DNA from: Lingula anatina
Taxonomy: Eukaryota; Animalia; Brachiopoda
Direction of reading: 5' to 3'
Length of the DNA stretch: 64,000 nt
Assembly (NCBI GenBank): GCA_051362555.1
Contig: CM120648.1
Location: 3,034,587-3,098,586, forward strand
The stretch's first letter is position 1. Every line of letters starts with the position of its first letter. The translations under genes were made by a program, and so were the position numbers. This document shows positions 1-13,328 of this stretch, one piece after another. Under the pieces are notes generated by a model that did no database searches, was not told where the DNA came from, and worked only from the letters and a program-made list of their open reading frames with translations.

Positions 1-57
1 TAATCATGGTTTCTTTGTAGGTCTAGTCAGCCGTCAAAAAAAGGGACTCCTTAAAAT

Positions 58-152
58 ATGTCGAAGTTGCCAACAGAATTGAACCCGCTCTTGCCGCCGG
101 CTTACTCCCAAGTTGATCCATACAGGTCTGTTACACCTGTAAAAATGGGAGG

Positions 153-195
<43 letters not shown>

Positions 196-910
196 CTGTG
201 TGTGTACGCGCGCGTGCGTGCTTAATCGCACGTTATTCCACTCAGATCTGCAGCACATGAATAATTGGTGCTTGCATGCTTGCGTGCATTTCAAGACTAA
301 ATCTTCTTTTTTCTCATAGGGGCCTAGTTTGTGTGATATATGGACTAATGAGTGAAATATCATTTGGAATTTTGATATTATTTCTAGAACAGTCTTATAC
401 ACCGGGGATATTAATAACATATTATATTGAATTCCATCCAACTAACTCCATATAATTATTTGAAATTTACATGTATGAGCCAAACGTGTTTTCCAACCAC
501 TACTATTAATTACGTCTCTTGCTTCAGTTTCAGCGAGCACAGTCGCCAAAATCATTCCTATAAAGAAAAAACGCTGAGATGCATCGGCGTCCTGCATATA
601 GTCGTGGGAATGTTTTGTTCTTTCCTAGGCGTCTGTTTTGCTTTTGATCTTCTGTCGTTCTTTAAAACCATCCATCACTCCTCCCCTTGGCCAGACGTAT
701 TTGATCCGTACAGTAAGAACAATGCCAGTTCCTCGATGGGAGTGATTGCCGGATCTTTGGTAATACTGTATGACGGCTTTGGCTCTGTTGTCATTTTAAC
801 AGTCTTTTGCATAGTTTTGATGACCTTCTTTTCTGTCTTTTTCTGTTTAATATTATGTCTTTTTGTCGTGTTCATACTTAACCACCTTTTTTAAGAATGT
901 CAGAGGGAGA

Positions 911-986
<76 letters not shown>

Positions 987-1562
987 AGGGAGGAAAGGGT
1001 CTTTTAATTAGACATAAATTCATTAAAACAAATTCATTCAAATAGTTGTCTGTCATTGCAGTTCATCATTACCGGAATCTTTGGAGTTTTAGCCCGAAGA
1101 AGAAATACATGTTTGGTATGTGTCGATAAATTTTCTATAGGTTTCTTTTATCTTTAGAAGATAGCAAGACAGCTAGATATAAAACATTTATGAATGAAAT
1201 GACAGACTTTAAGCCTCAACGTAAACTTAATCCCTATTATGGGTATGGGAGACTCTCTATCTCGTTTCATGATTTTATTGATATTTTTAAATAACTATAT
1301 TATAATCAATATAAAATACAGATAAAGTTTTGTTTATATCGTAGAGGTTTTTTTTAACACACACACACACACACACACACACAACACTGACGTACTAGTA
1401 AACTCATAAGCTGCGGGTTTCAGATCAGTTTCTACATGACTGCATCAGTCGTTGCTGCCTTGGTCGCTTTTGGTCCATTATTGATCTTGTCGCTAAATGA
1501 CCTGAGGAATGTAGGTGGAGCCTTCAAAGATGATGCAGAATATAGCCGGGTATGTTATTTTG

Positions 1563-1627
<65 letters not shown>

Positions 1628-2344
1628 ACATTAACTCCTACACACACACATGCACGCATTTTAAAAATGCGGATTGGTTACGTTATTATTAGCTTAAAAT
1701 ATAGTTATCCATCCCCATTTACAACTTATGATAATCTCTATCTGAAAGATCATATGCTCTCCAACAGGAAGGATTGGGCACTAGCCTAAGAATGCGTAGA
1801 ATCTTATTTGAAAAAGAAACAAAAAAAGAGGAAGAATGACTTATAAAAACATCAACAGACAGGGATCTGTGCGATTGAAAAAAAGAAAATAAAAATAATT
1901 TTAATTTCAGGAGTGGACGGTGCTGATGTGTGAGTGTGGGATCATGGCTTCACTCGCCGTACTCGAAGGGTCGTTGTCACTGACATCCCTCATACTCTGT
2001 GCCTTAAATGTGTGTCTCTGTTATGAAAAGGTAAGTATTGGTGAATCTTGATGTTAGGCCACTTTTGAATACCAAAAGTGATCTTGTATATGCTTATGCC
2101 AATAATTATATTACAAAGAGACTAGGTAAAGGATCATTTAAAGACCAAAGGCAACGCTTTGTGGAAGGTAAATTATATATTTTGAAAAATCCTGATGACA
2201 AGCAGCAGGAGCGATCTAAAGGTGAAGAAATGAAAATGACAGACCTGAATTGTGATCTGTAACTTTCAGATTTAGGTGCCTAGTATTATGACACATAGGG
2301 TTGAAATGAATTGTTTTCATTTTCAGCGCGAGGTGCCGGTCTAG
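58..2344 (+). CDS. MS4A/CD20-like four-TM membrane protein, copy 1 (6 exons, shortened C-terminal tail)
   Basis: Exons 58-125, 528-759, 1062-1115, 1424-1549, 1911-2030, 2327-2344, with GT-AG sites and consistent phase. Translation: MSKLPTELNPLLPPAY...IGVLHIVVGMF...GVIAGSL/FIITGIFGVLARRRNTCL/ISFYMTASVVAALVA...LAVLEGSLSLTSLILCA. The 'G..FIITG..G' and 'LE...S...S...C' patterns are typical of MS4A-like proteins. Internal exon sizes are identical to copy 2. Confidence 0.75.
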
Positions 2345-2654
2345 ATGTTAGGTTACGCCGCTTCTGTGCGACCGGAAACCCGAGGGCCAAGTGCACTTCC
2401 GCCAGAAACTAGGGACTATTTGCCAAAACGTATTATATAACGTATTATGATGGTGCGAAATGTGGGGTCAAGAGAAGAAAAATATACCAATTTAGAAAAG
2501 CGTTATTTCTTTTACACAAGTGTTTATCAGCATGTTTAATTCTTTTTATTTTCCTCATTATCACCATTTCATTATTTCTGTTATTCTGAAACGACACTTC
2601 TGATCAAAATGGAAAATGATTGAGTAATTCAGACAACAAATTGATTTAACTGAG

Positions 2655-2850
2655 ATATTTGTGTGGTATAATCTGTACGAGAGCCTGCCAGCATGTTCAA
2701 AATGCAAACATTAGTGTACATTTCATGTTTTCGCGCCATGGTGACTTGAATGATCTCCATGGAAACCACGCACTGACCCTCTAGGTGGCGTTCTCCTTGT
2801 CTGTTTCCGTAGAAACGAATTCCAATGAAGTCCGGGATAACTTCCGTTGC
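2655..2850 (-). pseudogene. Orphan remnant of the last exon of the HSD11B1-like gene
   Basis: Clear nucleotide similarity to 8520-8720 (e.g. tttcatgttttcgcgccat...ccatggaaaccacgc...ctctaggtgg.gttctccttgtctgt). No other SDR exons were found between here and MS4A copy 2. Confidence 0.75.
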
Positions 2851-3999
2851 TGAAAAAAAAGAAACAAATAAAACTACATTAAATAATCTTGTGTTTCAGT
2901 AAATTGAAAAGGAAAACGTGTAATATTATTTAAATACTTGAATATAGAAATTTTTTGGAAACGAATTGTTGGTGCCCAGAAATCCATGCCATGGATTGCC
3001 CTTAAAGATACATTTTGCTAAATTCATGTCAAAAATACACGCTCTTTATTAATTCATTTACATTATGCTCATTTATATGTTGTGTTGCATAGTGGCATTG
3101 TCTGCTTTTTCCTCTTGCTTGTCGTGGTCACCACCTCAGTACTTGTGAAGTTATTTTTGAATGAGATAAGGGTAGACTGCGCTGAAGGGGGTCTCTGTCA
3201 GATGATCTAAAGGCCCTTTGGAACTGTTGGAACGGCATTCCCGTCATTAACGGGGTGTTAATTCTCATTCAGACCACAATGAGAAACTGGAGTAACTACT
3301 AAGTTTCGGTGGGGCGGTTGGTAACTTAATTGACGTGCTATTTATATCTGCTGATTAACTGGAGCCCGTCTTATAGAGCTCTCGTAGTTAATGGCTTACT
3401 ATACGAAGCTTCTCTAAAATGATTTGTTTTCTTTAAAAATCAATTTGTATTAAAATAAATCTAAAACGAGTAAAATACGGCTGATAACATCTGATATCTT
3501 TAAAAATTGGTTGTGGCAGGGATGGTGGGATAAAAATCCAGGATCAAGTATGATAAACCCAGGTATTGGGGTACGTAAGTGGAACAACTTCTGGGTAACT
3601 CGAATAGACTGTGGATCTGATGGTAACATTGGTTGCTACCCAGTAAACACGTCATGTTCGGATCACGTGGCTACAAAGTTTCTATCACAATATAATGTCT
3701 TAGCAACGTGCTAGGTAGAAGATCCACAATTCCTGCATCCCGCCACAGATAACACATCAGATGGTGCTCATTGCCAGCGCGGGCTCGTTATTAAGAAACC
3801 AATTACAAGCAACGAGAAATGTTTTGTCTTGCACAACCTTTAGTTTAATCTAATACGTTCACCTCATCAACAAACAGTTTGCTAGCATGGCTTAGTACCT
3901 TGTGCGTATCAGCCGATACCTTAGAATAAACACAGCCTGGCTGATCAGGGGAATTCCTATGGGCGGCCAAAAGGGCAAAAAATCATGTCGTCGATTCAG

Positions 4000-4683
4000 T
4001 TATGTTTCGTCGATTCATTGCCTTCTCATCGATTCAGTTTCAAGTTTAAACGATCCTGTCATAAATTCAACATCTACTTTCGTCAATTCAATTGTCAAAC
4101 ATTTCTCATCTATGGTGTATTAAAACCAGTGCTGTCACTATTTTCGTCGATCGTGTAACTATTCTCGTCGATCGTCTAATCTCGTCGATCGCCTGGAACT
4201 AATCTCGTCGATCGTGTAACTATTCTCATCGATCGATTAATCTCGTCGATCGTGTAACTATTCTCATCGATCGTCTATTCTCGTCGATCGTCTCATCGAT
4301 CGATCGTCAGAGGGCGCTGCGGTAGCACATAGGCCTATTACATGACTATCAAAATGGCAGACAACAAAATGATTGCTAGTGAAATAAGAACATTTTCTCA
4401 ACAATTTCAATTTTAGTTGCTAATAATTAAAATCTATTCGGTTGTAGGGACATTATTTTCTAGTTGTTTTCAACTCTGACCATGGCTGGCTGAGTAAAAA
4501 AATTGCGTGATTGACAGACAGAAGCACGTGTTGCTACCGCAGCGCCCTCTGACGATCGATCGATGAGACGATCGACGAGAATAAACGATCGATGAGAATA
4601 GTTACACGATCGACGAGATTAGACGATCGATGAGAATAGTTACACGATCGACGAGATTAGACGATCGATGAGAATAGTTACAC
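4000..4683. mobile_element. Foldback/MITE-like element with inverted arms made of ATCG-rich subrepeats
   Basis: The left arm (tcgtcgatcgtgtaactattctc repeats ending cgatcgtcagagggcgctgcggtagca, ~4140-4327) is the reverse complement of the right arm (tgctaccgcagcgccctctgacgatcg...gagaatagttacacgatcgacgag, ~4532-4683). Confidence 0.7.
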
Positions 4684-4873
4684 GCATGCGCATGTCAATG
4701 AGCTTATCATTATTTGTCTTGGTGCAAAGCTGGGACTTTGGAAGCCATTTTTTAGAGACTCTCTTAATATCGGAAGTGTATCAAAACAGGTGAACAATCG
4801 GTAATTCCGGTGAATCGTCTAGGTTCCTTTGTAGAGCCAATCAACTGTCTAGTGGAGACTGAGACTGAAAATC

Positions 4874-5020
4874 ATGTCTACGTCGCCAACTGAGAGGGAC
4901 CCGCTCTTACCGCCACCTTACTCGGATGTACATGTAAATGTAGCCAGGTATGTGATACCTGAGTGAATGTAAGGTGTCTGTGTGTGTGTGTAATGTGCAT
5001 GCGCGCTATGTGCGTGTTTT

Positions 5021-5057
<37 letters not shown>

Positions 5058-6255
5058 ACACACAAAATAATTTTTTTTCAAAGTGAGTGATACTTAGGGG
5101 TGAATACAAAATCGATTTGTCATAGGGGATTTGATAATATTTCTAGTACAGGTTTTAACACATGCATTACCAATAGCATAAACAGTAACATTTAAATCTA
5201 CTCATTGTATTAAAATAGTTATTAAAATTATTCAATCACTTCTATTAATTGTCTCTTGCTTCACAATTTCAGTAACCGCACGAACCATTCCTATAAACAA
5301 AAAACCCTGAAATACATCGGCGTCCTGCATATAGCCGTGGGGGTGATCTGTTTGGCCTTAGGCATCTGTTTTGCCATTGATCTACCGGCGTTCTTTAAAA
5401 CCGATCACAACAACCCTCCCTGGCCACCTACAACGAGATATCCTGACTTTAATCCCAGTTCGATAAATGCGCGTTGGTGGATGGTGCTTTCTGGTGGATT
5501 TTTGGTAATATGGCAGTTTTGGTTCTGTTATTAATTTTCGAAAACGATTCGAGTTTTGATTGTCTTATTTTCTGCCTTTTGGTTTTTTATGTACAGACAA
5601 ATCGTGTCTGTACATACTGGCCACCACCTACGTCTGTCGTTTGTGACTTCGGATTTCCGTGGGCCTGTACACTTTTGCTAGTTACAAGTTCTAAATATAT
5701 ATATGTTAGCTGCAGTGCATTATATAGAATTGGTAGTGATTGTGCTGTTCAGCATTATGTCACATTGCACCAAATAAAAAAAAGCTGTTTGGACACTGCT
5801 GCCCTAATGGCCATTAATTAAAACATGCAACTAACCATTCACCAACTTACAGAAAAGAAACAAAGGACTGAAATACAGCTTGAATTGGAAAACTGGTAAT
5901 TGGTATCTTTTTCTGGAAGTTATTCATTTTTTTTTTTTTTTTTGGTGAATATTAAATTTTCACATATGAAAAACATGTAGCTTGATCACATTCTTTTTGT
6001 TACGTAAATTTTTCACATCATGACATTTTCAAGATGTTACTTTGAACTTTCATGTGCTTATGACTAATGCTCATCATGTCCCTAATATCCGTATATTCCC
6101 CAATATGTGTAATTGCATGAAAATTATCAAAATAGTATCATTTGTGCATCATTATTTTCTTCTTTTTGTCTGTACATTTGAAAGCCTTGCTGTCTTATTT
6201 TATTTAAATTCTATATTTAATCTACATTCTACTTTATCAGCATATTTACTAATAC

Positions 6256-6288
<33 letters not shown>

Positions 6289-7854
6289 AGGAGAGAGAGA
6301 GAAAGAGACATTAAAACACATTTATTCAAGCAGTTGTCTGTCTTTTCAGTTCATCATCACTGGATTGTTTGGAGTAATAGCCAAAAGAAGAAATACATGC
6401 TTGGTATATGTCAACAATTTTTCTACATTTTTCTTATTTTTTTACAATGAAGCAAGATACAGGTAGCTTATTAGATAAACCAAAATTATAAACTTTGGAG
6501 GGAGACTGTTTATCACATTTTAGATGGCATATATCCCAACTTTGGTATTGAGTATTAAAATCAGAAGTGTTTATGTAAATATCCAGATGTAATGAGGACT
6601 CCATCGTAGTGCGTTTCTAGGCATATGTTCCTTCACTTTGACATTTATACTGATAAACTGTGGGTTACAGATCGGTTTCTACATGACTGCGTCAGCCGTT
6701 GCTGCCTTGGCTGCCTTTGGACCGTTATTAATCTTCTCACTGTCTGATATGAGAAATGTCAGTGGAGCCTTCGACAAAGATTGGACATATACCCCGGTAT
6801 GTCCTCATCTCTTCCCTTCTCTCTCTCTCTCTCTCTCCGACAAACTCACTCCTACGTATTTGCACATGCACGAATTCAGTGCAGGTTGGTTACGTTAATA
6901 TCCGTTCAAAAATAGCAAGTTTGTATCTTTCCCAATTTACGACTCTGGTAATCTGTATCTGAGAGAGCACATGCTTTCCAAAGTGGAGTGCCTATAAGAA
7001 TGTCTAAGTTGTTAAGAACGTTATTTGAAAAAAAAAAAGAAAACATCAGGTAAAATGAGTTATTAAAACGTCAACAAAAGGGATCTATACAATAGGCCAA
7101 GGATGAAATAACGACAATATTCTACTTTCAGGCGTGGACGGTGCTAATAAGTATGTATGTGATCATGGTTTCACTCGCCGTTCTCGAGGGAATGTTGTCA
7201 CTGACATCCTTCATACTCTGTGCCTTAAGCGTGTGCCACTGTTGTGAAAAGGTAAGCCCACTTCTGAATACCAGTAATCCTATAATACTATAATTATGTC
7301 AATAATTTGATATAACAAAGAGAGTAGGAAGTGGATCATTTAAAGATCAAAGGCAACACCTTGTGCAATAGGGGCGTTTCACGGAAGGGGAAAAAATATT
7401 TCCTGATGAGAAGCGGCAGGGGCGACCTCGGCCACACAAAGGGTTTTACAGTTATACAGCTCTTAAAAATTCTCTGTAATGTCAATTTTATTAAGTAGAG
7501 AATTATTTTAAAAACTGATGGTGAATTGCCAAAAATATCCTGCAGTCGAGAACCAAAATGAGCGTGAAAAGCGTGAAAATATTTTGTGAAGATTAACATG
7601 GAAGCAGTGAAATAAGCAGTTACAGCCATTTGAACACACTGGGTCAATTAAAAAAATGAAAAATATTAATCATTGTAAGCCAAAACTCCCAAATCAAGAT
7701 AACTATTGCGATTACGGAAAGTGATGATGTAATTTCATGGTTTAAAATGTATCACTTTATGTTTCAGCGCGAGATGCCGGCGCCGATGCCAGTTAACGCC
7801 GCGCCTGCACGGCCGGAAAGTCGAGGGCCGAATGCACCTCCGCCAGAAATCTAA
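4874..7854 (+). CDS. MS4A/CD20-like four-TM membrane protein, copy 2 (6 exons)
   Basis: Exons 4874-4947, 5273-5504, 6350-6403, 6671-6796, 7132-7251, 7768-7854, with consistent phase. Translation: MSTSPTERDPLLPPPY...IGVLHIAVGVICLALG...WWMVLSGGFL/FIITGLFGVIAKRRNTCL/...REMPAPMPVNAAPARPESRGPNAPPPEI*. Confidence 0.8.
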
Positions 7855-8468
7855 TTCCAGTATACTATTTTGCAATACATGTATATAGTGCTTCATGATG
7901 TTGCGAAATGCGAAATCTAGAGAAGAAAAATATACCAATTAAGCACAGCAGTATTTCTATTATACCTGTATTAATTATAATGCATTTATCTATTTCTAAT
8001 TATGTCATTATTGACATTTCGCATATTCTACAGCGACAGTGCACAAATGTTCTGATCAAAATGGATCACGTTTCAGCCAATGATGGTCGTTTCACTTCGG
8101 ATGCGAGACAGTAAATTAAATTCACCACTGGTTTTGTTTCACTATAATAGTAGATCTCACTACTCTACCAGTAAGTCAACCAGGAAGTGGCTGGATTGGT
8201 TGTCCGCTGAATATGTTCGCAACTGTGGTTCAAGTCTTTTCAGTTATTACTATCTTTATCGATACTTATTTAGCAATATTAAACGGAATTTCACTTTTAT
8301 ATGTTATTATTGCTTACAACTTACTTGACTTTTATTTGAAAGATTTGAGTCTTTGTCAAAATACACAAAAATGATTTTCACCTTTGTACACATAGATTTT
8401 ATGACAGTTCTTTTGTACAATTGGCAATAGACAAATCAAATATGCAATGTATAGTTCATGTTTTTATG

Positions 8469-10989
8469 TCATGGCGGCAGTGAGCAATAAGTAATGCAGG
8501 CAGGGCCAGCAGGTCTAAACCTCTGGGTGGTACAATCTGTGCGAGGGCCTGGCACGAGCAAGCTCCACGTGTCAACGCTTGTGTATATTTCATGTTTTCG
8601 CGCCATTGTGGCTTGAATGATTTCCATGGAAACCACGCGCGGATCCTCTAGGTGGAGTTCTCCTTGTCTGTGGCCGTAGAAAAGACTTCGGATGAACTGT
8701 AGGACAATTTCTGTAGCTGAAAAAGAAAAAGAAATTATATTTTAATATAGCTAGTGTGTTTCATAGTAAAATTAATTTAAAAATAGGCGTAACATTTTAA
8801 TATTTAAATGTAAAAAGGTTTTTGCAACGAATCATTGGCGCCAAGAGATCCCTAGAACGGACTTTGCTTGTCTTTGCGATACGTTTCTTCGAATTTCAGA
8901 TGCCAAATTACATGTACCTTATTCCAAGCAAAATAATTTTATTGGATTTCTCTCTGTTATATGACCGTAACGTTTTCTCAAATTCCAAAGATCATTGAAA
9001 GATGGAAAGCAAATTAATTAAACACGTCATATTCATATCACACAACACGAAAACACGAAACTAGGTGTTAAATTTATTATGAAGAATTGTTGGTAATGCC
9101 TTTTAAGGCCGAAACCTTCGATACAAGTTGTTTTATTTTTTATTCTAAAAACTGTTTATAATGCCTATAAAGGCCGAAATTTAAGAAACTAGCTGTTTTA
9201 TTTTTTGATTTTCAAAATGTTGATAATGTCCTTATAAGTCCATAACTCCGTCTTACTTGATCCCCCAATGCTGCACAGTGTGACAGATACCCCAGATTTC
9301 TTTGTCATCAAATCCTTGTGTAGAACGCTGAAGAAACCCGCCAGAGCGTTCTTTGAAGCGGTGTACACTGACATATGGGGAGAGTTCATTGCACCTAAAA
9401 CGCAATCATAATTACAGGCTTCACAAAAAGTGGCTTGTCTTAGGGATTTTTTCCTGTGGCCAAATATTTGGAGTCGATTTAAAAGCTATGCATGTATCAT
9501 ATCATTTTTTTTAATATCGCTTATTTGTCATTCATTTCCCGTAAGTTTACAGATTCATCACAACTGCCTGCACGGATGTCTGTACAAGGTGACCAAGACT
9601 CGAAAGGAAAAAACATACTGAATAAGAAAAAATTATAATAATAATAAATAAATAAATAAGTAAATAAATACTGATGACATAAAGAAATTCCATTTGCTTT
9701 CGAATAACCCATTTCCCATATTGATATATAAATACCAGCCATTGAGGTAACAACAGCGATTCGACCGCGGCTCTTCAGCAGCAGGGGAAGTGCGTGCGAT
9801 GCCAGGTGAACATGTGACCGGAAGCCTATATCCATCCCCGTTGCTAGGATACTAAGATTGGCCTTGGTCCCCAGCCAAGGGTTACAGATAGTTATCAAGG
9901 CGTGTGTCAGAACTAATATGTCTAAACCACCAAGCCGCTCTTCTGCAAACTGAAAATTGGTAAACTGTAAGAATTGATTGTCTTTTCGATTCTATTTCTT
10001 AACTTTTTACTCCACGGTCAAGGTATTGAATTTCGCGCCCTTACTTTCAATATATATAAACAATCAAATGGTCCCAAAAAACAGAATTGACATGTGTTAA
10101 CTCTGCAAATATCCATTAATCATAAATCTAAAAGGAACGCCAAATAAATATATGCCTGCACTCAAAGTACTTTTTCTTTATTTTTTCAACAACGCGGCGT
10201 TTCTTGCTTCTGGCATTCGACTATAATAAAAAAAAAAATCGTTGATTGAAGTGATCATTCGGAACTTAATGAAACTCGTAATTATCCATTCTAGATATAA
10301 ACCGCTACTTGTACTTACCTTAACCACCCTCTCTGTGTCCGCCATCTTGGACATATCTGTCACCACATACACGTGGTTTGGTGATGGATTTGGAGAAAGT
10401 TTCTTACATTCTTTTTGTACCTATAGATAAAGTTCCCTTAAATTAAGAAGTTATTTGTGAACAATCCGATGCTGAAACCCCTCAGATGACAACAAAAAAG
10501 TCATTATTGACGTACCTTACACACGCTTTATCCCACTGGAATAATGAGTGTTTCTTAAATCCTAAATGTATCTTATTAATTTTGCTGTTTCGAAATAGAG
10601 TTATCAAAAGTTGGCCCTATTACAGTGCAACATCTTCTCAAAAGATTTAATGTTACAAACCTCATTAATAATCAGTTAATTAATTGAATTTCTCTTATCA
10701 ATTGCAATTATATAGCACCGAGTATCCAACTGCTTGGAGGACTTTTTCCGCCCACTTTACTCCATTCTAAGTCGGAGTTTTGAAAATATTTGACAGTCAA
10801 CATCAAATCCAAAAGCCAGTGTTCATGAATTACAATTATATCACTTTTTGGTGACGGGTATATGTGCGAGTTGGGCAAAATTTGTTCTCCGCTCAGCTTG
10901 TAATGGAGGCTGTACAATGAATATAGCTATAAACGGTATTTTATTCTACAACTAAAATGCTACTACGTGTACTTCTACTACTACTACGA

Positions 10990-11034
<45 letters not shown>

Positions 11035-11689
11035 TGTCGTTTGGTGATAAAAATTTTGCGACATTGTGTGTCTGTGCCTTTTTCAATGCTTTCTCTCTGC
11101 CGTCAACCAGGACAAGAATTGCTCCCATCTTGGCAAAATGGTACGCCATCTGTTCTCCAATGCCAGTGGAAGCTTCGGTCACTAAAACCCTCTTGCCCTT
11201 CACTTCGGCTGAAATGTGAATGTACATCATAATATAGACAAAGATGGGTCAGTCTGTTATGTCTCCCTCCTCTGTCCTCTAGGATACTTATATAAAATAG
11301 GTACATGTACATGTCTGTCAACCTGGGCTCGGTGCTGGGGTGCCCCTGCCAATTAGAAAAGAATGACAAATGGAACTTAGAGTATGTTTAGGTTAGTTGG
11401 TTTGAAACACATTTAAATGATATAAAGGAAAAACATGAGTAGTATTACGTTCTTAAATACGTTGAAAATAACTGAATAATTGTCACCAAATTAATACTCT
11501 ACTCTACAAGAGGTAAACTAAACAAATGTCTTTGGGAGGATATGGATCGAAGAGTAATTTAAATAATTTTTCGGTGTTCTCCATTGAATAAAAGTACAAA
11601 CACGGGTCAAAGTCATCCCTGTATGTCACTGCCACCAATGCGACTAACGCGGCCAGGGCTGTTGCAGTTAATTGTAAGTTTATCGCCAT
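8469..11689 (-). CDS. HSD11B1L: 11beta-hydroxysteroid dehydrogenase 1-like short-chain dehydrogenase/reductase (6 exons, ~306 aa)
   Basis: Exons 11689-11602, 11208-11078 (GC donor), 10420-10319, 9949-9736, 9394-9257, 8716-8469. N-terminal anchor, then [67 protein letters not shown], catalytic YTASK and VSVTLCSIG. Confidence 0.85.
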
Positions 11690-11922
11690 TCCGATATCTG
11701 TATCATCTTGTCTGAAACAAAATAATGTGTGTGTACTGGAAAGGCCAATTATTAATAAATGAAAAGCTGTTGCATTGACTGTGCATGGAAATCAGAATTT
11801 ATATATTGCAAGAACCTTCAAAACACACACAATCTTCTATGAGAGAGAGAGAGAGAAGTACATGTAGAAGAGGGAGATGAAGGAAAGGCTCCTAACTTCC
11901 ACACGCAATTATTAGCATAAAA

Positions 11923-11961
<39 letters not shown>

Positions 11962-13053
11962 TAAACAATGCAGCTGATATGTGTTCCAGTATATCTATAG
12001 CATTATCATACATGTACGTACAGTTGCCCTCACTTACTACCCGTGAATCATGGGGTCTTTTCATTTTTTGAGCACCCCGGAGGGAAGGAAAGAATCAACG
12101 AGTGGAAGAAGAGGAGGACGAATAGAAACATAACCACTGAAATGTTCTACTCATCACGAACAGTTACTCTCTAGAATAACGTTAACAAGACGCAAATCAC
12201 TGTCATCGCATGCGAACATGTCTAATTATGCTGCAACAAGATACTCACCATCGTGATTCACCTGTACAGGTAATTGCAGGTAGAATATATGGCATGCAAA
12301 CAGCATTAAATACAACACCGTGTCTCCGTATCCTCATTGCGAGTACACAGCTTCATCCTCTTGATCAAATGCTGCTTACATCACTGGCGGACAGGACTGA
12401 CATCTCCATTAATGTGCTGATAATAACATCATTAGGCCCTTAACCCCACGTTGAGAACAGAGATGCTAAAGCCTGTGGAGTTATAAACTGTCACAGCCTT
12501 CACCTGTGTCGCGACACAGCACGCGCTGTTAAGTAGGTCATTCACAGTACATGTAGGTCACGTTAAAGGAAAGCAAGGAGGGCGCGTGTCTCACCTTTAT
12601 TGATAAGAAGTGCAATGTTTTCATAAGGTTCATTCGAAGGCCCGCAGGTGGGGTTGGACAGTTTGGAAACAATAGCCCGTTTGAACGGCAAAGGATCGCT
12701 CTATATCAAAATTAGGTCTTAACCCAGCATGCCATTTCATAAATCCGTTCATCTACATGTACAAGTAAGAATGTGGTTATTTATTATTTATTTATTTATT
12801 TATTTTAGAAAAATCAGGCCTCTCTTTGAAACCGCTGACTACAGGCTGAAATATGTGTGTTAGTGTTGTACTGGAAGAAAGGCATAAGGGTACGTCGTGT
12901 ATTCACAACATGTGTCTCACTGCACTGGTGCATGTACCGGGTGAAAGTGCCCACTGAGTATCACTGATGTTATATTCACCGAAATTAAAATAAAATATTA
13001 ATGGAACTATTACATGTACTAACATCATTATCATCATTATCATCATCATCATC

Positions 13054-13088
<35 letters not shown>

Positions 13089-13105
13089 GATCTTTCTTTC
13101 GTTTA

Positions 13106-13328
13106 TACCCCCTTTACACTGGACGGCGTCCTTTCTGCGTCCTTTCTGCGACCATGAAATTTGGCATCTCTGTGGTCTAAATAAGGAGACACGAGCATTG
13201 ATTTTGTATCAGAATGAATGCTCAATGATCGGCCAGTTGTTGGCACGTAACGTATTATAATTTTTTAACTCTCAAATGGGCCCGTACTGCTGGACGCAGA
13301 AAGGACGCCGTCCAGTGTAAAGGGGCCC
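13106..13328. mobile_element. MITE, PIF/Harbinger-like (copy 1)
   Basis: TIRs cccctttacactggacggcgtcctttctgcg / cgcagaaaggacgccgtccagtgtaaagggg, flanked by TTA. A near-identical copy lies at 23686-23897. Confidence 0.8.

Noticed and set aside
34-1056. ORFs with HTHTHT / LSLSLS / IYIYIY runs
   Set aside because: Translations of (CA)n, (GA)n and (TA)n microsatellites. The same applies at 4878-5081, 35130-35442, 37743-37931 and the poly-C tract at 28521-28806.
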